64,000 bases of DNA, from contig NC_042999.1 in the NCBI RefSeq assembly GCF_006345805.1, positions 107,384,001 to 107,448,000 on the forward strand, written 5' to 3'. The stretch comes from Octopus sinensis. Its lineage: Eukaryota. Below, in pieces: positions 12,188 to 25,123 of this stretch. Within the stretch, counting starts at the first letter, position 1, and every line of letters starts with the position of its first letter. Both the position numbers and the translations under genes were made by a program. Below the pieces are notes generated by a model. The model searched no databases. It saw only the letters and a list, made by a program, of their open reading frames with translations, and had not been told where the DNA came from.

Positions 12188-13184
12188 CTACTAGTAAAGC
12201 TTATAATCTTCATTGTGTTTCTAAAGTTTTATAAGTATAAACCTACTAGCTGAGTCACTAAACCAAACAAGAGCCAAAAAAGGAGCTTCGTCTACAAAGT
12301 CGTTCTAGCTACAAGAAATAACAGCCAAATCTGTTTCAGATCACACTAACTTGAAATAAAACACTTTGATACAATGTCTGTAAAAACACTTAGATACAAA
12401 ATGTCTCTAAAAAATGGATGATCGTGACTGGCCTACCTTTGATATAATGTATCATCAGGACTGATAAGGAGTTAAATAGCAATAAACAGCATCAATAACT
12501 ACTAAAGCAAACTGTTAAAATTCAATGAAATTGTAAACATTATTTAGACAGAGAGACAAGTGTTCTCCATTGTATTAGATCAATAGTAGGCTTCACTTAA
12601 GTCAAACTTGTTTATTTCAACACAAACAACATACTTAATTTCAAAGGTTACCTTGACATATAAAGGAATATAAAGGAATAAATTCTTAAATACATTTCAT
12701 TCTAGTTAACATAGATCTTCTAAATACATATTTCTCATATATCAAAACTTGCCTGTACATAGGTACATCAACAGTAAATTAAACCTCCAATATGATTCCA
12801 ATATATAGGAATAATATACTTCCTCCATTGCTTGGTTTGGCATGACAGTTTCTTTTTTGACCTGCTCAGACCAGAGAAATGAACCAAATGTTTGCAACAA
12901 GTGGGCTAACAGCATGGATCTACAATTCTGAGGGGACCTACTCTCCTTGTTAGAGGTAGAGGAAGACCCTTTCAATAAATGATTATCTATCTCTCTCTTC
13001 TGCTATTTGTAATTCTATCATAAACAGTTTATGGTATATATCTGAAACCCAAAGATAAGATACATGTATCTAATACTGATTTCTGAAATATTTCATGAAT
13101 AGGTTGAAAGGGGATTTGCATTTCACATATAACTTGGACCTGTTACTTCTTAAAATAGAACTTAAATTTTACATCTGGGTTTGG

Positions 13185-13480
13185 GCTAAATTCACTTCAA
13201 CATTTAAATATTTTCGTCGCTTTGAGACCACGACCTGTTCACTGACAAAATTCTGTGCAGCACAGAATTTGTGTGTTTCTTAAATGGCTTATAAACACCT
13301 TCCATGCTGCAATTGTTTTCGTTCCAGCTCACAATCTCAGATCATGTCACTTGTTATGCAAATACATCTACTTTTAGAAAGTCTTTTGAGAATTTGAGAT
13401 CTGTTTTAACTACTGTGCAAACAGATTTTGTATGTTTCTTAAATGGCTTATAAACACCTTCCACGCTGCAATTCATTTCT
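13185..13480. mobile_element. Penelope-like terminal-repeat relic with inverted and direct partial copies
   Basis: 13185-13260 matches 25235-25310 directly; 13265-13375 matches 25125-25225 in reverse; ttaaatggcttataaacaccttcca.gctgcaatt is repeated at about 13280 and 13439. The Penelope assignment is inferred from this architecture. Confidence 0.55.
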
Positions 13481-13636
13481 AAAAGTCGTTGAAAGCTTCT
13501 GTTACTTATACAACCTAAAATTAGCAATGGCGTAGTGTGTTCTTAAAGCAGAGTTGTCAGAGCAAGAATCAAGTGGAAAATTCAAGAAGCTCTATAAGGA
13601 TGTACTTCACTCTCAAAGGGAAGAGCAGACTGTATG

Positions 13637-13637
<1 letters not shown>

Positions 13638-13693
<56 letters not shown>

Positions 13694-13701
13694 CGTGTGT
13701 G
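13638..13701. repeat. (GT)n microsatellite
   Basis: Direct observation. Confidence 0.98.
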
Positions 13702-15544
13702 ATTTCACATTTTACATTTCACATGAAAAAAAAGAAGTATCAATCTAAAAAATGATGAAGTTTGTTGACATGTTGACATTCCCTGTAAGGAAAATTGTCC
13801 TCTAGCTCTTTGAAAAGCAAATTAAATAATGAATTCTTCACTTGAAAAAGCATATAAAGATTTGTGCCAAAAAGGACTTCCACCTGTAAAACAATGCCTT
13901 GATAATATATATTCATCCAATCAATGCTAGCATGGAAAACACTTATAAAGAAGTGAATAATAAATGAATGAAAAACATAGATACATATATTTCCCAGAGG
14001 TAAGCTTCTTCTCTATAAAACTGCTTCACTTTTGCATGATCCTACATTTATTACCTATAGTATATGTTTTTAAAAAATCTATTTTGCAATTCAATTTCAT
14101 CAAAAGCTGCCACCAGTTCTTCAGAGGACCCTTTGCAAACAAATAAACAAATCTATTCTGTCATCTTTTAACAAATATTTCAGCAAAATTGTATTTGTAT
14201 ACTTTTCAATATTTGCTGACATATGGAAATATATAATTCATAACTTATAGATGAACCTATACACATATTTCTGAATTTGAGCAGCTATATGTATGTTGTT
14301 TGTGTTTATGGCAAGAGGAAGTGAGTAAGAGAGAGACAGACAGAAGGTGAGAGAGAAAAAGAGAGAGATAGGACAGAAGAGAGAGATTTAGTTTGTGCAT
14401 ATACAGTTTGATATATGTACTGATACATAAACTTAAAATTCTGTTGTTATTAAACCCTTCTTTGTCTCACTTAGGATTATATTCATTTCAATCCTATTAG
14501 AACTATGGTAAATAGCAGTATATATTCTATATATATTTTATTATTGTTATTCTTGGAAGATATCAAAACAATTGAAAATGTCATATTCTAGCTAAGTTTT
14601 ATAACTACTCTATATTACACCTTTATCTACTTAAAATATAATCTATTCTGACAAAATATTTTGTAATGCTTTCATTGATATCAACCAAATATTGAACATA
14701 GTTGAAATATCACAAAAATGAAAACAGATCTATTACTTTTCTAGAATGCTTTATGAGAAAGAAAATATTTTGATCTACATGACGTGTGTCAAATGGAAAA
14801 AAAAAATAATAATTCCAGTCAGATAATAAAAGTGCATACCTTGGGACTGAAGTACATCTAGTAGAGAGGATGAGGAAGAGGTTTGATAAAGTAGAGGTGT
14901 TTTATATTTGATCATAGAAACAAGACTCACTGATAACTGATAAAAAGATTCAACAGATATATAAACATGAGATATTCTACAGACTTGATATAAATCCATT
15001 GCAGCACATAGTACTAAAATAAAATAGATACATCACAATGATGATGAAATTGTGATTGTTGCTCATAGTTATTACTTTTTTCGCAATTCCTTCACTTCAC
15101 TGGTCGTCTCTCCCTCTCAGCCTCTCTTTCCCTCTCACTTCTCTCTCCACCTTTCTCCCCCACTTTATCTGTTTCATTCGAGATTTTCGTTTTGGTAAGA
15201 CTTAACAAATATTATTTCAAGGGAAAAAGCTAATCATACTCTTTTAAAATGTTTTCCATCCTTGAAATATCAGAGGTAAAAAATATATTTATTTCTTTTA
15301 TCTCAAGGCTCTCAAATAACCTCATTTTAAAGTTCAATTTTCATTCAGGAAATGCTACAATTCCTTTCATCAACAGCATCCTCCTTAGACATAAGCAGTC
15401 TGAAAAGTTAAAATTGTATGGAATACTTTTATATGACCCCGTTAATCTATTGTTTACTTCTAATTAACTTTGATTAAGCAAATCTATGACCAAAAGCATT
15501 CCAACTGTAACCATTCTGTCTTTTTTTTATGGATATCAAGCACT

Positions 15545-16300
15545 TCTCTTTCTCTTGTGACATGGCATATTTATGCCATTGACAAATTATGGCTTGTTCT
15601 CCTTCCATTTATTTCTGTCTCTCGTAACATCACCTGGGTCTTTCTCACTCTGCACATTCATTCTCTTCTTCATCCAGTTGAACATCTTCATTCTCTACCT
15701 TCCTCTCGCTCTCCTTCCAACCAGCTCAGTCTCCACCATATAATGCTCCATTCCATCATCCTCTCTGAGAAAATGACCAACAAATCTCCACTGTCTCTCT
15801 TTGATAGTATCCATCAACTATCTCTTCATTTTCATTGTCTTCAACACTTCCACATTCGTCACCCACTGTAGCCACAAAATTCTAAGCATTTTTCTATAAA
15901 ACCACATTTCTGTAGCTTTGAGTCTCTTCTCTATAACTTTGCTAATTGTCCAAGACTCACATCCATATGTTAGCACCGACCAGATGTAGCATTTCAGTAG
16001 TCTTTTCGTGACTTCCATTCCAATTCTCTTTGCACAAAAAAATGCTCCTCATATCCATAAAATTCTTCTTTGCTAATCCAATTCTGCACTTGATGTCCTT
16101 ATCTGACCTTCTATCTGATGTTATCCTCCTTCCCAGATATATGAAACTGTCCTTCTCTATCCCAGTTCCATTCACCATCAAGCGACATGTGGGCACCTGT
16201 GCTTTCTCGGTACAGCCCATTGAGAAGGTTTTCTGCAGTTAATCATCAATACAAGCTTTCCACTCTCCTCAGTCACGATATTAATCAATCCCTGAAGCAC
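15545..16300 (-). pseudogene. RTE-clade LINE ORF 3' fragment
   Basis: LMVNGTGIEKDSFIYLG..ITSD..SDKDIKCRIGLAK; KRLLKCYIWSVLTYGCESWTI..RLKATEMWFYRKMLRILW..VTNVEVL; GH..R..GRRARGR..RDRNKW. Frameshifted. Confidence 0.9.
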
Positions 16301-16626
16301 TATGTTACCGTATTTGTTTAAGACAATGGAGTTTGGTATGAGAGAGATTTAGCTACTACGCCTAGCAGGACAAACTGTCATATAGAGACTACCTCACACT
16401 CTTATCACATCAGCCTTTAAGGTTTTATATTATGTAAAACATATAAGGAGCTCCAGCCAGTAACTACTGCTTCTACAATATTGAGCTTTGTCCACATGGT
16501 TAGATAGGTGTCTCAAATGTCTTGTTTACTCAATATTCACTTAAGCTGTCTTTGATGTAGATTTTTTTACTCAGTAATTTTAGTTAGCAACCATGTCTAG
16601 TTATTGTTATTATTAGTTAGCTCCAG

Positions 16627-17329
16627 GCGGCAAGCTGGCAGAATCATTAACGTGCTGGGCGAAATATTTAGCAGTATTCTGTCTGCCATTATGTTCTGAA
16701 TTCAAATTCTTATTTCTTTACTGCCCACAAGGAGCTACAGACAGAGGAGACAAACAAAGACAGACAAACGGTTTAAGTCGATTATATTGACCCCAGTGCA
16801 TAACTGGTACTTATTTAATCGACCCCGAAAGGATGAAAGGCAAAGTCAACCTCGGCAGAATCTGAACTCAGAACGTAGTAGCAGACGAAATACTGCTAAG
16901 CATTTTGCCCGGCATGCTAACGTTTCTGCCAGCTTACCACCTTCTGAATTCAAATTCTGCCAAGGTCAACTTTGCCTTTCTTCCTTTCAGGGTGGATAAG
17001 ATTAGTATCAGTTATGCACTGGAGTCGATGCAATCAACTTAATCCCTTCCCCCAAATTTGAGGTCTTGTGTTTCCAGTAGAAAGGATTATTATTTAGCTC
17101 CAGAAGATGGCAAGCCCACAGAATCATTAGCAGTAGCATGCTACACAAAACGCTTAGAGGCATTTCATGTCTTTACAGTCTGAGTTAAAATTCCACCTAG
17201 GTCAACTTTGCTTTTCATTCTTTTAGGTTTGATAAATTAAGTACCAGTCAAGCACTGGGGTTCGATGCAATCGACTACCCCCACCTCCAACAAAATTTCA
17301 GGCCTTGTGCCTGAAATAGAAATGATTAT
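16627..17329 (+). mobile_element. Cluster of SINE family B: + copy (16627-17093) containing a nested - copy (16711-16941), followed by a tandem + copy (17104-17329)
   Basis: Head ggcggcaagctggcagaatc and central gtcaactttgcctttc.tcctttc.ggg..gataa..taagtacca. The nested copy is flanked by a 17-bp TSD ttctgaattcaaattct (16694-16710, 16942-16958); ttagctccag recurs at 16617, 17094 and 17330. Confidence 0.9.
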
Positions 17330-18339
17330 TTAGCTCCAGATCAAATCTGTGATCAAAAGCCTTTCATCCATAATTTTTCCAAATTTTACTCAGGCACAGT
17401 GCACCCAGGACTACAATATACAATGTCTCCTTTCTGAACTCAGTAAGATATATTGTGAGATTGACTTGGTTACAGTTTCAAGCAATTATAGCTACAACAT
17501 AGAGGCTCGGTCATTAACTCACCAATCATTTGGAAGTTTGTGCTGTAAAAGAAAAAAAAAAAACATCTATTTGATAACTTATCAAATTACTTCTTGAATA
17601 ATTATGTAACTAACCTTTATATGTCTAAAAGAATATAAATGTTTCATGTTTATCAAGGAGAGTTTAATACACTCTGACACCTAAGAGTATTAAAACCAAA
17701 TAAATCACCTTAACCAGTTTTATGATAGGCTGAGAATTAGATTTAGGATTGTAATCAAGCTACTTCAGAGTAGTATAAGCCATTGCAGTAATGTACAAGA
17801 AACAAACAACATATCTATGAGTCTGGGAGTTATTGTTGTAGTAAACCTCAATTCAGTCTGTAACTTTTTACATAGTCTCCAAGACTAGTAGAAGGGCGGG
17901 AGAAAGGGATATTCAAACTGAAGACTTGGCCAGAATGTTTGTAACGGAATGATACCCTGGGTGCCAGCTATTTATGTCAAACTAGATGACTGATTAAGTA
18001 TTCTACCCAAATAAGCCATAGCAGAGTTTGAACTCAGAATGTAAAGAAGTGGAACAAATATCACAACACACTTGGTCCAATGTTCTTACAATTCCAACAA
18101 TTCATTTTGATTGATGGGGTTTTTTTCTTATGGCTGGGTTCCAACCCAGGCTGCATTAACAAAGTCAACCCTCCACACGTCTTGGCCCAACATCACTACC
18201 TCAAGGTCCTGGATACATTCCAGGCCAGTATTTGTGATCAAGGGTTGTTGATGCAAGTATGATGTTGTCTTCTTCTTACATCACCATGAAGTGGGTTCCA
18301 CAAGACTAATTTGGATGCCTCTAGTTCAGGGTGGCTACA

Positions 18340-18622
18340 GTGGAGGCACATGGCCTAGTGGTTAGAGCAGCAGACTTGCGGTCGAGGGATCATGGGTTCG
18401 AATCTCAGACTTGGAGATGTGTATGTTTATGAGTGAAACACCTAAGCTCTAGCAGAAAGTAATGGTGAACTTCTGCTGACTCTTTTGCAACGACTTTCTT
18501 TCACTCTTTCCTCCTACATCTTGCAGCTCACCTCCGACAGACCGACGTCCCGTCCAGGTGGGGAACCTATACGCCAAGGAAACCAGCCCTTATGAGCCAG
18601 GCATGGCTCAAGAAGGAACAAA
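18340..18622 (+). mobile_element. tRNA-derived SINE family D
   Basis: Head gtggaggcacatggcctagtggttagagcagcagacttgcggtcgagggatcatgggttcgaatctc; TSD cagggtggctaca at 18327-18339 and 18623-18635. Confidence 0.92.
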
Positions 18623-19114
18623 CAGGGTGGCTACAGATAACAGTGACAAAGACCTTGGTTTTACCATTGACCAGTAAAGACTACCAGCAGTAACCATCAC
18701 AGACTTGGACTTTGTAGATGATGTTGTATGCATATTTGATGAAGTAGATCAAGTACAGCAGAGTAGAAACATCAGCTTCCAAACCTGGACTGCATACTAT
18801 GTCACACAAATGTCAAGAAAACCAAATACATATCTTTCAAGCAATCGAGTTATGTTGACCAGTTTGCTTTGAGTGATTCCAAATTAAATGTTGCTGAAGA
18901 TTTCAAGTACTTAGGTGAGTGAGAGCAGTTTGGAAGCAGGTTTCAAGATTAGGAAGGCACAATCATGGACAGCCCATCACAAACTAAAGAAGGTCTGGGT
19001 ATGGAACTCCAAACTGCCCAGGTGGATCAAAATCAAGCTGTTCATTGCAACTGCCAAATTGGTGCTATCATAAGGCTGTGAAACATGGAGACTGAAAAAG
19101 AAATTGCCACAGAT

Positions 19115-19521
19115 CTCTTTTACTTGTTTCAGTTATTTGAATGTGGCCATGCTGGAGCACTGCCTTTAGTCGAGCAAATCGACCCCAAGACTTATTTTTT
19201 TTTGTAAGCCTAGTACTTATTCTATCGATCACTTTTGCTGAACTGTTAAGTTATGGAGACGTAAACACATCAGCATCAGTTGTCAAGCAGTATTGAGGGG
19301 ACAAACACAGACACACACACACACATATATATATATACACACATATACACATATATACGATGGGCTTCTTTTGGTTTCCGTCTACCAAATCCACTCACAA
19401 GGTTTTAGTCAGCCCGAGGCTATAGTAGAAGACACTTGCCCAAAGTGCCACACAGTGGGACTGAACCTGGAACCATATGGTTGGTAAGCAAGCTACTTAC
19501 CACACAGCCACTCCTATACCT
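19115..19521 (-). mobile_element. SINE family A
   Basis: Reverse complement of 654-1060; TSD acagat at 19109-19114 and 19522-19527. Confidence 0.92.
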
Positions 19522-20934
19522 ACAGATAGCTGCTTATTTCTAATTAACCCTAAAAGATTGAAAAGTAAAATTGAGTTCTGTAAGATTTGAACTCAGATAG
19601 CAAGCAATCAGAACAAATAACTACAAAGAATTCCATCTGATACTCTAACAACTCACCCAATACAGCCATGACCATCTTGTCTTCTTAAACATAGCATAGC
19701 TAGAATTACATTATCCAAATGTGCCTTTCCAATTCTGAAATTGACTGGATGTAATTTGGGAGAAATTTAGATGCTGTTTCAGAAAGTTGGGCAACCCTAG
19801 GCACAGAGTAAAAAGAAGTTTATGTTAAGTCAAATTGACATTTGTTTTTTATGTTGCCTAAGATATGATGATTGTGTCTATTATAACACTGTTTTCCTTT
19901 ATATATGTGAGTTGTACTCCTATGTAGAGCTTCCTTGATATTTGTAAACAGACAGAAATTGATCAGGACTTAAGTATTTCATGGCTCTGAAATAGTTTTA
20001 ATTCACAGATTTGGCAAAGTTATATAAAGATGATAAGATAAAACCTTTACATGGACACTGGATCTGCTAGAAATAACAGCCAAATCTCTCTCAAATCACA
20101 TGCAACAATCTTAGAAAATAATGAAAGTGGTTCTGGGTTCCTGCACATAGAAAAAAGACAGAGTAGCCATTGCTTGATTTCCTTTGATCATTGGTCTGCT
20201 TTAGAATGGTCAACCAGGGGCTGAACAACAAAAGAGATTGGAAGTCCTGTTTGTAATGGCAGTGATGATATCGGTTCTATATATTGATCATGCATAACAA
20301 AAATGTAATGCAGGTCTGTTGTTGTTGAAGAAAGTGGGTACATCAGAACCTATAGTGCATAGGTCAGAGAGAACTGCCATCAACGAATGCTGTAAAGAGG
20401 TAGAAAAGATTTTACCGGAAACTTCTGATCTGAGAGATTAAAGATGATGAAAGGCAAAAGTAAGCAACTGCACTAAGGGGTTCACATTGCGAGACACATT
20501 TGAAGTCTTTGATGAGGAGAGTAAGACTCCAGAAGACAGTGGTGTGTGTGTGTGAGTGTGTGTGTATTTATATAATATAGTTATAACAGCTAGCACCTCA
20601 CATCTCGTAATTTCACGTTACTGATCATCTGGCTGGAGTCAAAGTGCACTTCATTAGGTGCAACCTGTTATAATCATAAATAACTTTTGTCTTTTGACAC
20701 CGAGTACAGTTTTAGACTTTTTAACTGTACCTGCATACACTCTATGCATATGTTGTGTGTGTGTATGTGTGCATGTGTGTATATGTGTATATGTGTGTAT
20801 ATGTGTGTGTGTGTGTTTTGTCAAGATGCACAAATGTGTGTGTGTTTTAGATATAACATGCAAAGCATATTGCTTGCAAAAGTTTGAAAAGGGCACTTTA
20901 CATCAAAATGTCAACTACCAATTATAATTTAATA

Positions 20935-21127
20935 AACGCAGGAGTGGCTTTATAGGCACAGGAGTGGGCGTGTGGTAAGTAGTTTGCTTACCAACCACAT
21001 GGTTCTGGGTTCAGTCCCACTGCATGGCACCTTGGGCAAGTGTCTTCTCCTATAGCCTCAGGCCAACCAAAGCATTGTGAATGGATTTGGTAGACAGAAA
21101 TTGAAACTGAAAGAAGCCCATCGTATA

Positions 21128-21183
<56 letters not shown>

Positions 21184-21407
21184 ATAAATGTGTGTGTATA
21201 TGTTTCTGTGTCTGTGTTTGTCCCCCCAACATTACTTGACAACCAATGCTGGTGTGTTTATGTCCCCGTAACTTAGCGGTTCAGCAAAAGAGACCAATAG
21301 AATAAGTACTAGACTTACAAAGAATAAGTCCTGGGGTCGATTTGCTCGACTAAAGGCGGTGCTCCAGGATGGCCACAGTTAAATGACTGAAACAAGTAAA
21401 AGAGTAA
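20935..21407 (+). mobile_element. SINE family A with a duplicated 5' tip
   Basis: acgcaggagtggctttataggcacaggagtggg.. followed by the full family A body with a long internal (TA)n. Confidence 0.92.
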
Positions 21408-22319
21408 ACAAATTATTAGAGAAAATTTAGTGATATAAATTACAAAAACTGCACTGTATAGCTCATTCTTAATTCATTTAACTTACCTAAACATTACTTC
21501 TAATTTGATCCATATGTTTTAATTTAACTAAATGCATTCATTTAGTCAGATGAGGAAAACAGACTTTAGGTAAAAGCAGAAGAAAACAAATCCTGCTAGT
21601 ATTATATCAACAGACCTTGAGATTCCAGCAATTTATCAATTTACACAGGAAAGGGGAGTTATTAACTTGCAATAGAATTTTCAAATGGAAATCTGTGCAG
21701 GTATTTCATCCCATGAAAGCTTACCAATTGAAGAAAACATTATAGTTAACCAATGGACTCATCAATAGAGAGAAATCTTAAGAACATGTGAAGTCTTGTA
21801 ATAACGTTCCTTTTCCTTTGTAAAGGTATTACATATTGTGAAGCACCAGTTATAATCTGGTTAAATAATTTGTTACAGAGAATGAGTGATATAAATTGCA
21901 TAACTTGTGCTGTATGGCTTTAGTAATTCATTTAACACACACACAGATTAGTATATAAATAAATGTGTAGATAGATAGTGGCATGCATATATACACACGT
22001 ATATATACTCATACATACACCCATATATATACATATGTTCATATATAAATATATATATACACACACTCACAAACACACACACTCATACACACCCACAAAT
22101 GCACACACACCTACACAATCACACACACGTATATAGTTTGATATTACTAGTTGGGAACAAAGTAGAAATCCATGAAGTTCAACAGAGCAATTGTAACATG
22201 ATGACTGCAATGGGTGTACATTGTTTCACCTCCTACAAAGATACTCGAAGTGCATGTATTATTGTGTGTCAATTTGTGTGTATCTATGCACATGTTTTTG
22301 CATGTAAGCATACACTTAC

Positions 22320-22707
22320 ATGTATATATACATGTATATGTATGTGTGTAAATATATATATACATCTATATCTATCTATCTATCTATATATATATGTATA
22401 TATATACACATATATATATACATATATATATGCACATATATATACATATATATATATATACACATATATATATACATATACACATATATACACATATACA
22501 TATACACATATATACATATACACATATATATATGCACATATATATACATATATATATATACATATATATATATACACATATATATATACATATACACATA
22601 TATACATATACACATATACACATATATACATATACATATATACATATACATATATACATATATATATACATATATATATACATATATATATATACATATA
22701 TATATAC

Positions 22708-22754
<47 letters not shown>

Positions 22755-22817
22755 CATATATATATATATGCATACATATATATATATACATATATATATG
22801 CATACATATATATATAC

Positions 22818-22849
<32 letters not shown>

Positions 22850-22905
22850 TATATATATACATATATATATACATATATATATATACATAAATATATATAT
22901 ATATT
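22320..22905. repeat. Long compound (TA)n/(CATATA)n microsatellite
   Basis: About 580 bp of alternating purine/pyrimidine; source of the YIYT-rich ORFs. Confidence 0.98.
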
Positions 22906-23504
22906 TATTTACTTCTCTGTGGGTGTGTGAGTGTGTATTCATGCACATGCATTTTGTATGTATATTGCACCTCATTGAACTAACTGCTCTATTCAAGAAG
23001 AATTCTTTGTGAATAAATTAGATATAGAAAATTAAAACCAGCATATATAATTCCTTCTATTGATTTCTCAACCTATTTCAGCTTTGAAATATCCTGTATC
23101 ACACAGCATAGGAAACCATTCTTGTGTTATAATAAATAAACTCCTCACCATGTTTGTATCATAGTTTCCTTTAACAGATCTTTTGATGGACACTTTATTG
23201 AAAATAGTTATTGTTTGATTATCTTCATGTTATCATTATCAACGGCAACATAATTTAGCATCTACTTTCTAATGCTATTTTTGTTTGCACCTGATTTGGA
23301 TCAACTAAATTGCTTTCCTCTATTCATCCCCAATGCTTTTAGTGGTTCTGAACACATATTTAGACATTCTTCATCTTTTATTATCATCACATGGTTACTG
23401 TATTTTTCATTCTACTTAGGCTTTGTCTTTTCAGAATAAATATGTAACTGTAATTCCCATTCATATATACTTTATTCATTTGGACTCCAGCACTTACATT
23501 CTTT

Positions 23505-24175
23505 TATATTTTTACTTGTTTCGGTCATTTGATTGTGGCCATGTTTCAGCAGTGCCCTAAAGGGTTTTAGTTGAAGAAATCAACCCCAGCACTTATTCTT
23601 TGTAAACCTAATACTTATTTTATCAGTCTCTTTTTGTTGATCCACTAAGTTACAAGGAGATAGAGATACCAGTATTGGTTGTCAAGCGATGATGAAGGGA
23701 CAAACACAGACACAAAGGCACACACACACATATATATATGATAGTGGAGGCGTGTGGCTTAGTGGTTAGGGTGTCAGCATCAAGATCGTAAGATTGTGGT
23801 TTCGATTCCTGGACCAGGCAACGCATTGTGTTCTTAAGGAAAACACTTCATTTCATGTTGCTCCAGTCCACTCAGCTGGCAAACATGAGTAACACTCTGA
23901 TGGACTGGCGTCCCGTCCAGCTGGGGAATAAATACGCCATAGAAACTTGGAAACCAGGCCCATGAGCCTGGCTAGGCTTTAAAAGGGTGCTTTTATTTAT
24001 TATTTTATTATATATATGATAGGGTCTTTCAGTTTCCATCTACCAACTACCAATTTACTCACAAGGTTTTGTTCAGCCCAAGGCCATAGTAAGAGACACC
24101 TACCTAAGATGCCATGCAGTGAGATTGAACCCTGTACCATTTAGTTTTGAAGTTAGCTTTTTACTACACAGCCAT
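23505..24175 (-). mobile_element. Older SINE family A copy interrupted by a family C SINE
   Basis: Family A tail at 23505-23740 and head at 24020-24175. Confidence 0.85.
23744..24005 (+). mobile_element. tRNA-derived SINE family C (V-domain-like gatggactggcgtcccgtccag core)
   Basis: Head gtggaggcgtgtggcttagtggttaggg..ggtttcgattcct; flanked on both sides by tatatatatgatag (TSD). The V-SINE resemblance is from memory. Confidence 0.88.
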
Positions 24176-24200
24176 ATATGTGTATGTGCATATCTATCTA

Positions 24201-24232
<32 letters not shown>

Positions 24233-24233
<1 letters not shown>

Positions 24234-24435
24234 CATCATCATCATCATCATCATCGTTTAATGTCCGCTTTCCATGCTAGCATGGGTTGGACGGTTCAAC
24301 TGGGGTCTGGGAAGCCCGAAGGCTGCACCAGGCCAGTCAGATCTGGCAGTGTTTCTACAGCTGGATGCCCTTCCTAACGCCAACCACTCCGAGAGTGTAG
24401 TGGGTGATTTTATGTGCCACCGGCACTGGTACCAC
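24233..24435 (-). mobile_element. Family E RTE 3'UTR fragment
   Basis: (cat)n-cgtttaatgtccgctttccatgctagcatggg..ggatgcccttcctaacgccaacc. Confidence 0.88.
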
Positions 24436-24791
24436 AAAACTACAAATTCCATTAATGTTCATCGAGTTTGCTTTTGATTTTGTCCATATATATATATATA
24501 TATATATATATAGTAAGAATAACAATAGTCCTTGGATGGAATTTATAAACATTTAATGCATTGCTATGGGTATTTCCGCAAATCACATGTCTCTTATGAT
24601 CGCAGTCCGTGTTTCTGTGATGATTACAATGTAGCCCATAGTATCCACGGTCATTGAGTACATCATCTTCATGGTTTGCCAGTCAGCATCATTTGACTGT
24701 GGCCAGGATAATGGAATGGGAACTTTATTTGTACGTTCAAAACATTTCTCGTCAACAAATTTAAAAGATGTGTGTGCGCACGTGCGCGTAA

Positions 24792-25085
24792 GAGAGCACA
24801 TGGCTTAGTGGTTAAGGTGTTGTACTCATGATCGTGAGATCGTGGTTTCAATTCCTACACTGGGTGGTGTGTTGTGGCTCTTGAGCAAAACACTTCATCT
24901 CATGTTGCTCTGCAATCCCCTCAACACCTGACACAGAGCACACAGTGCACCTGTTCAGACAACGTTGATTTGATGGAGAGAGTGAGCTAATGTGGAGCAC
25001 AAACATTTGATCACTATAAACAAATCATTTATGCTGATCGTTTGGCAATAGCTGAACACTTACGTGTCATCTTTGACAGAGACCC
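24792..25085 (+). mobile_element. SINE with family C head and a different 3' body
   Basis: gcacatggcttagtggttaagg..gtttcaattcc..cttgagcaaaacacttcat, then a divergent tail. Confidence 0.75.

Positions 25086-25119
<34 letters not shown>

Positions 25120-25123
<4 letters not shown>

Larger units (their letters stand above)
18125..19536. pseudogene. RTE-like LINE fragment with internal inversion, interrupted by two SINEs
   Basis: Plus strand 18328-19114 (SINE removed): RVATDNSDKDLGFTID..PAVTITDLDFVDD..KKTKY..EDFKYLG..KIRKAQSW..LKKVW..KIKLF..GCETW. Minus strand 18125-18325: ASKLVLWNPLHG..TGLECIQDLEVVMLGQDVWR (ORF end). Confidence 0.8.

Noticed and set aside
18340-18415. tRNA-like sequences at SINE heads (also 655, 23744, 28765, 50970)
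   Set aside because: They continue into SINE bodies with TSDs or are fragments, and lack a full cloverleaf; not tRNA genes.
20270-20420. Minus-strand acceptor and short frame HSLMAVLSDLCTIGSDVPTFFNNNRPALHF, faintly like a copia RNase H
   Set aside because: Similarity is too weak and there are no adjacent supporting motifs or LTRs.
22099-23012. Long ORFs (up to 263 aa) rich in Y/I/H/T or C/V/M, also near 20.7, 25.3, 41.6, 51.6, 54.3, 57.3, 59.5 and 60.7 kb
   Set aside because: Translations of TA/CA/TG microsatellites, which lack stop codons; not genes.
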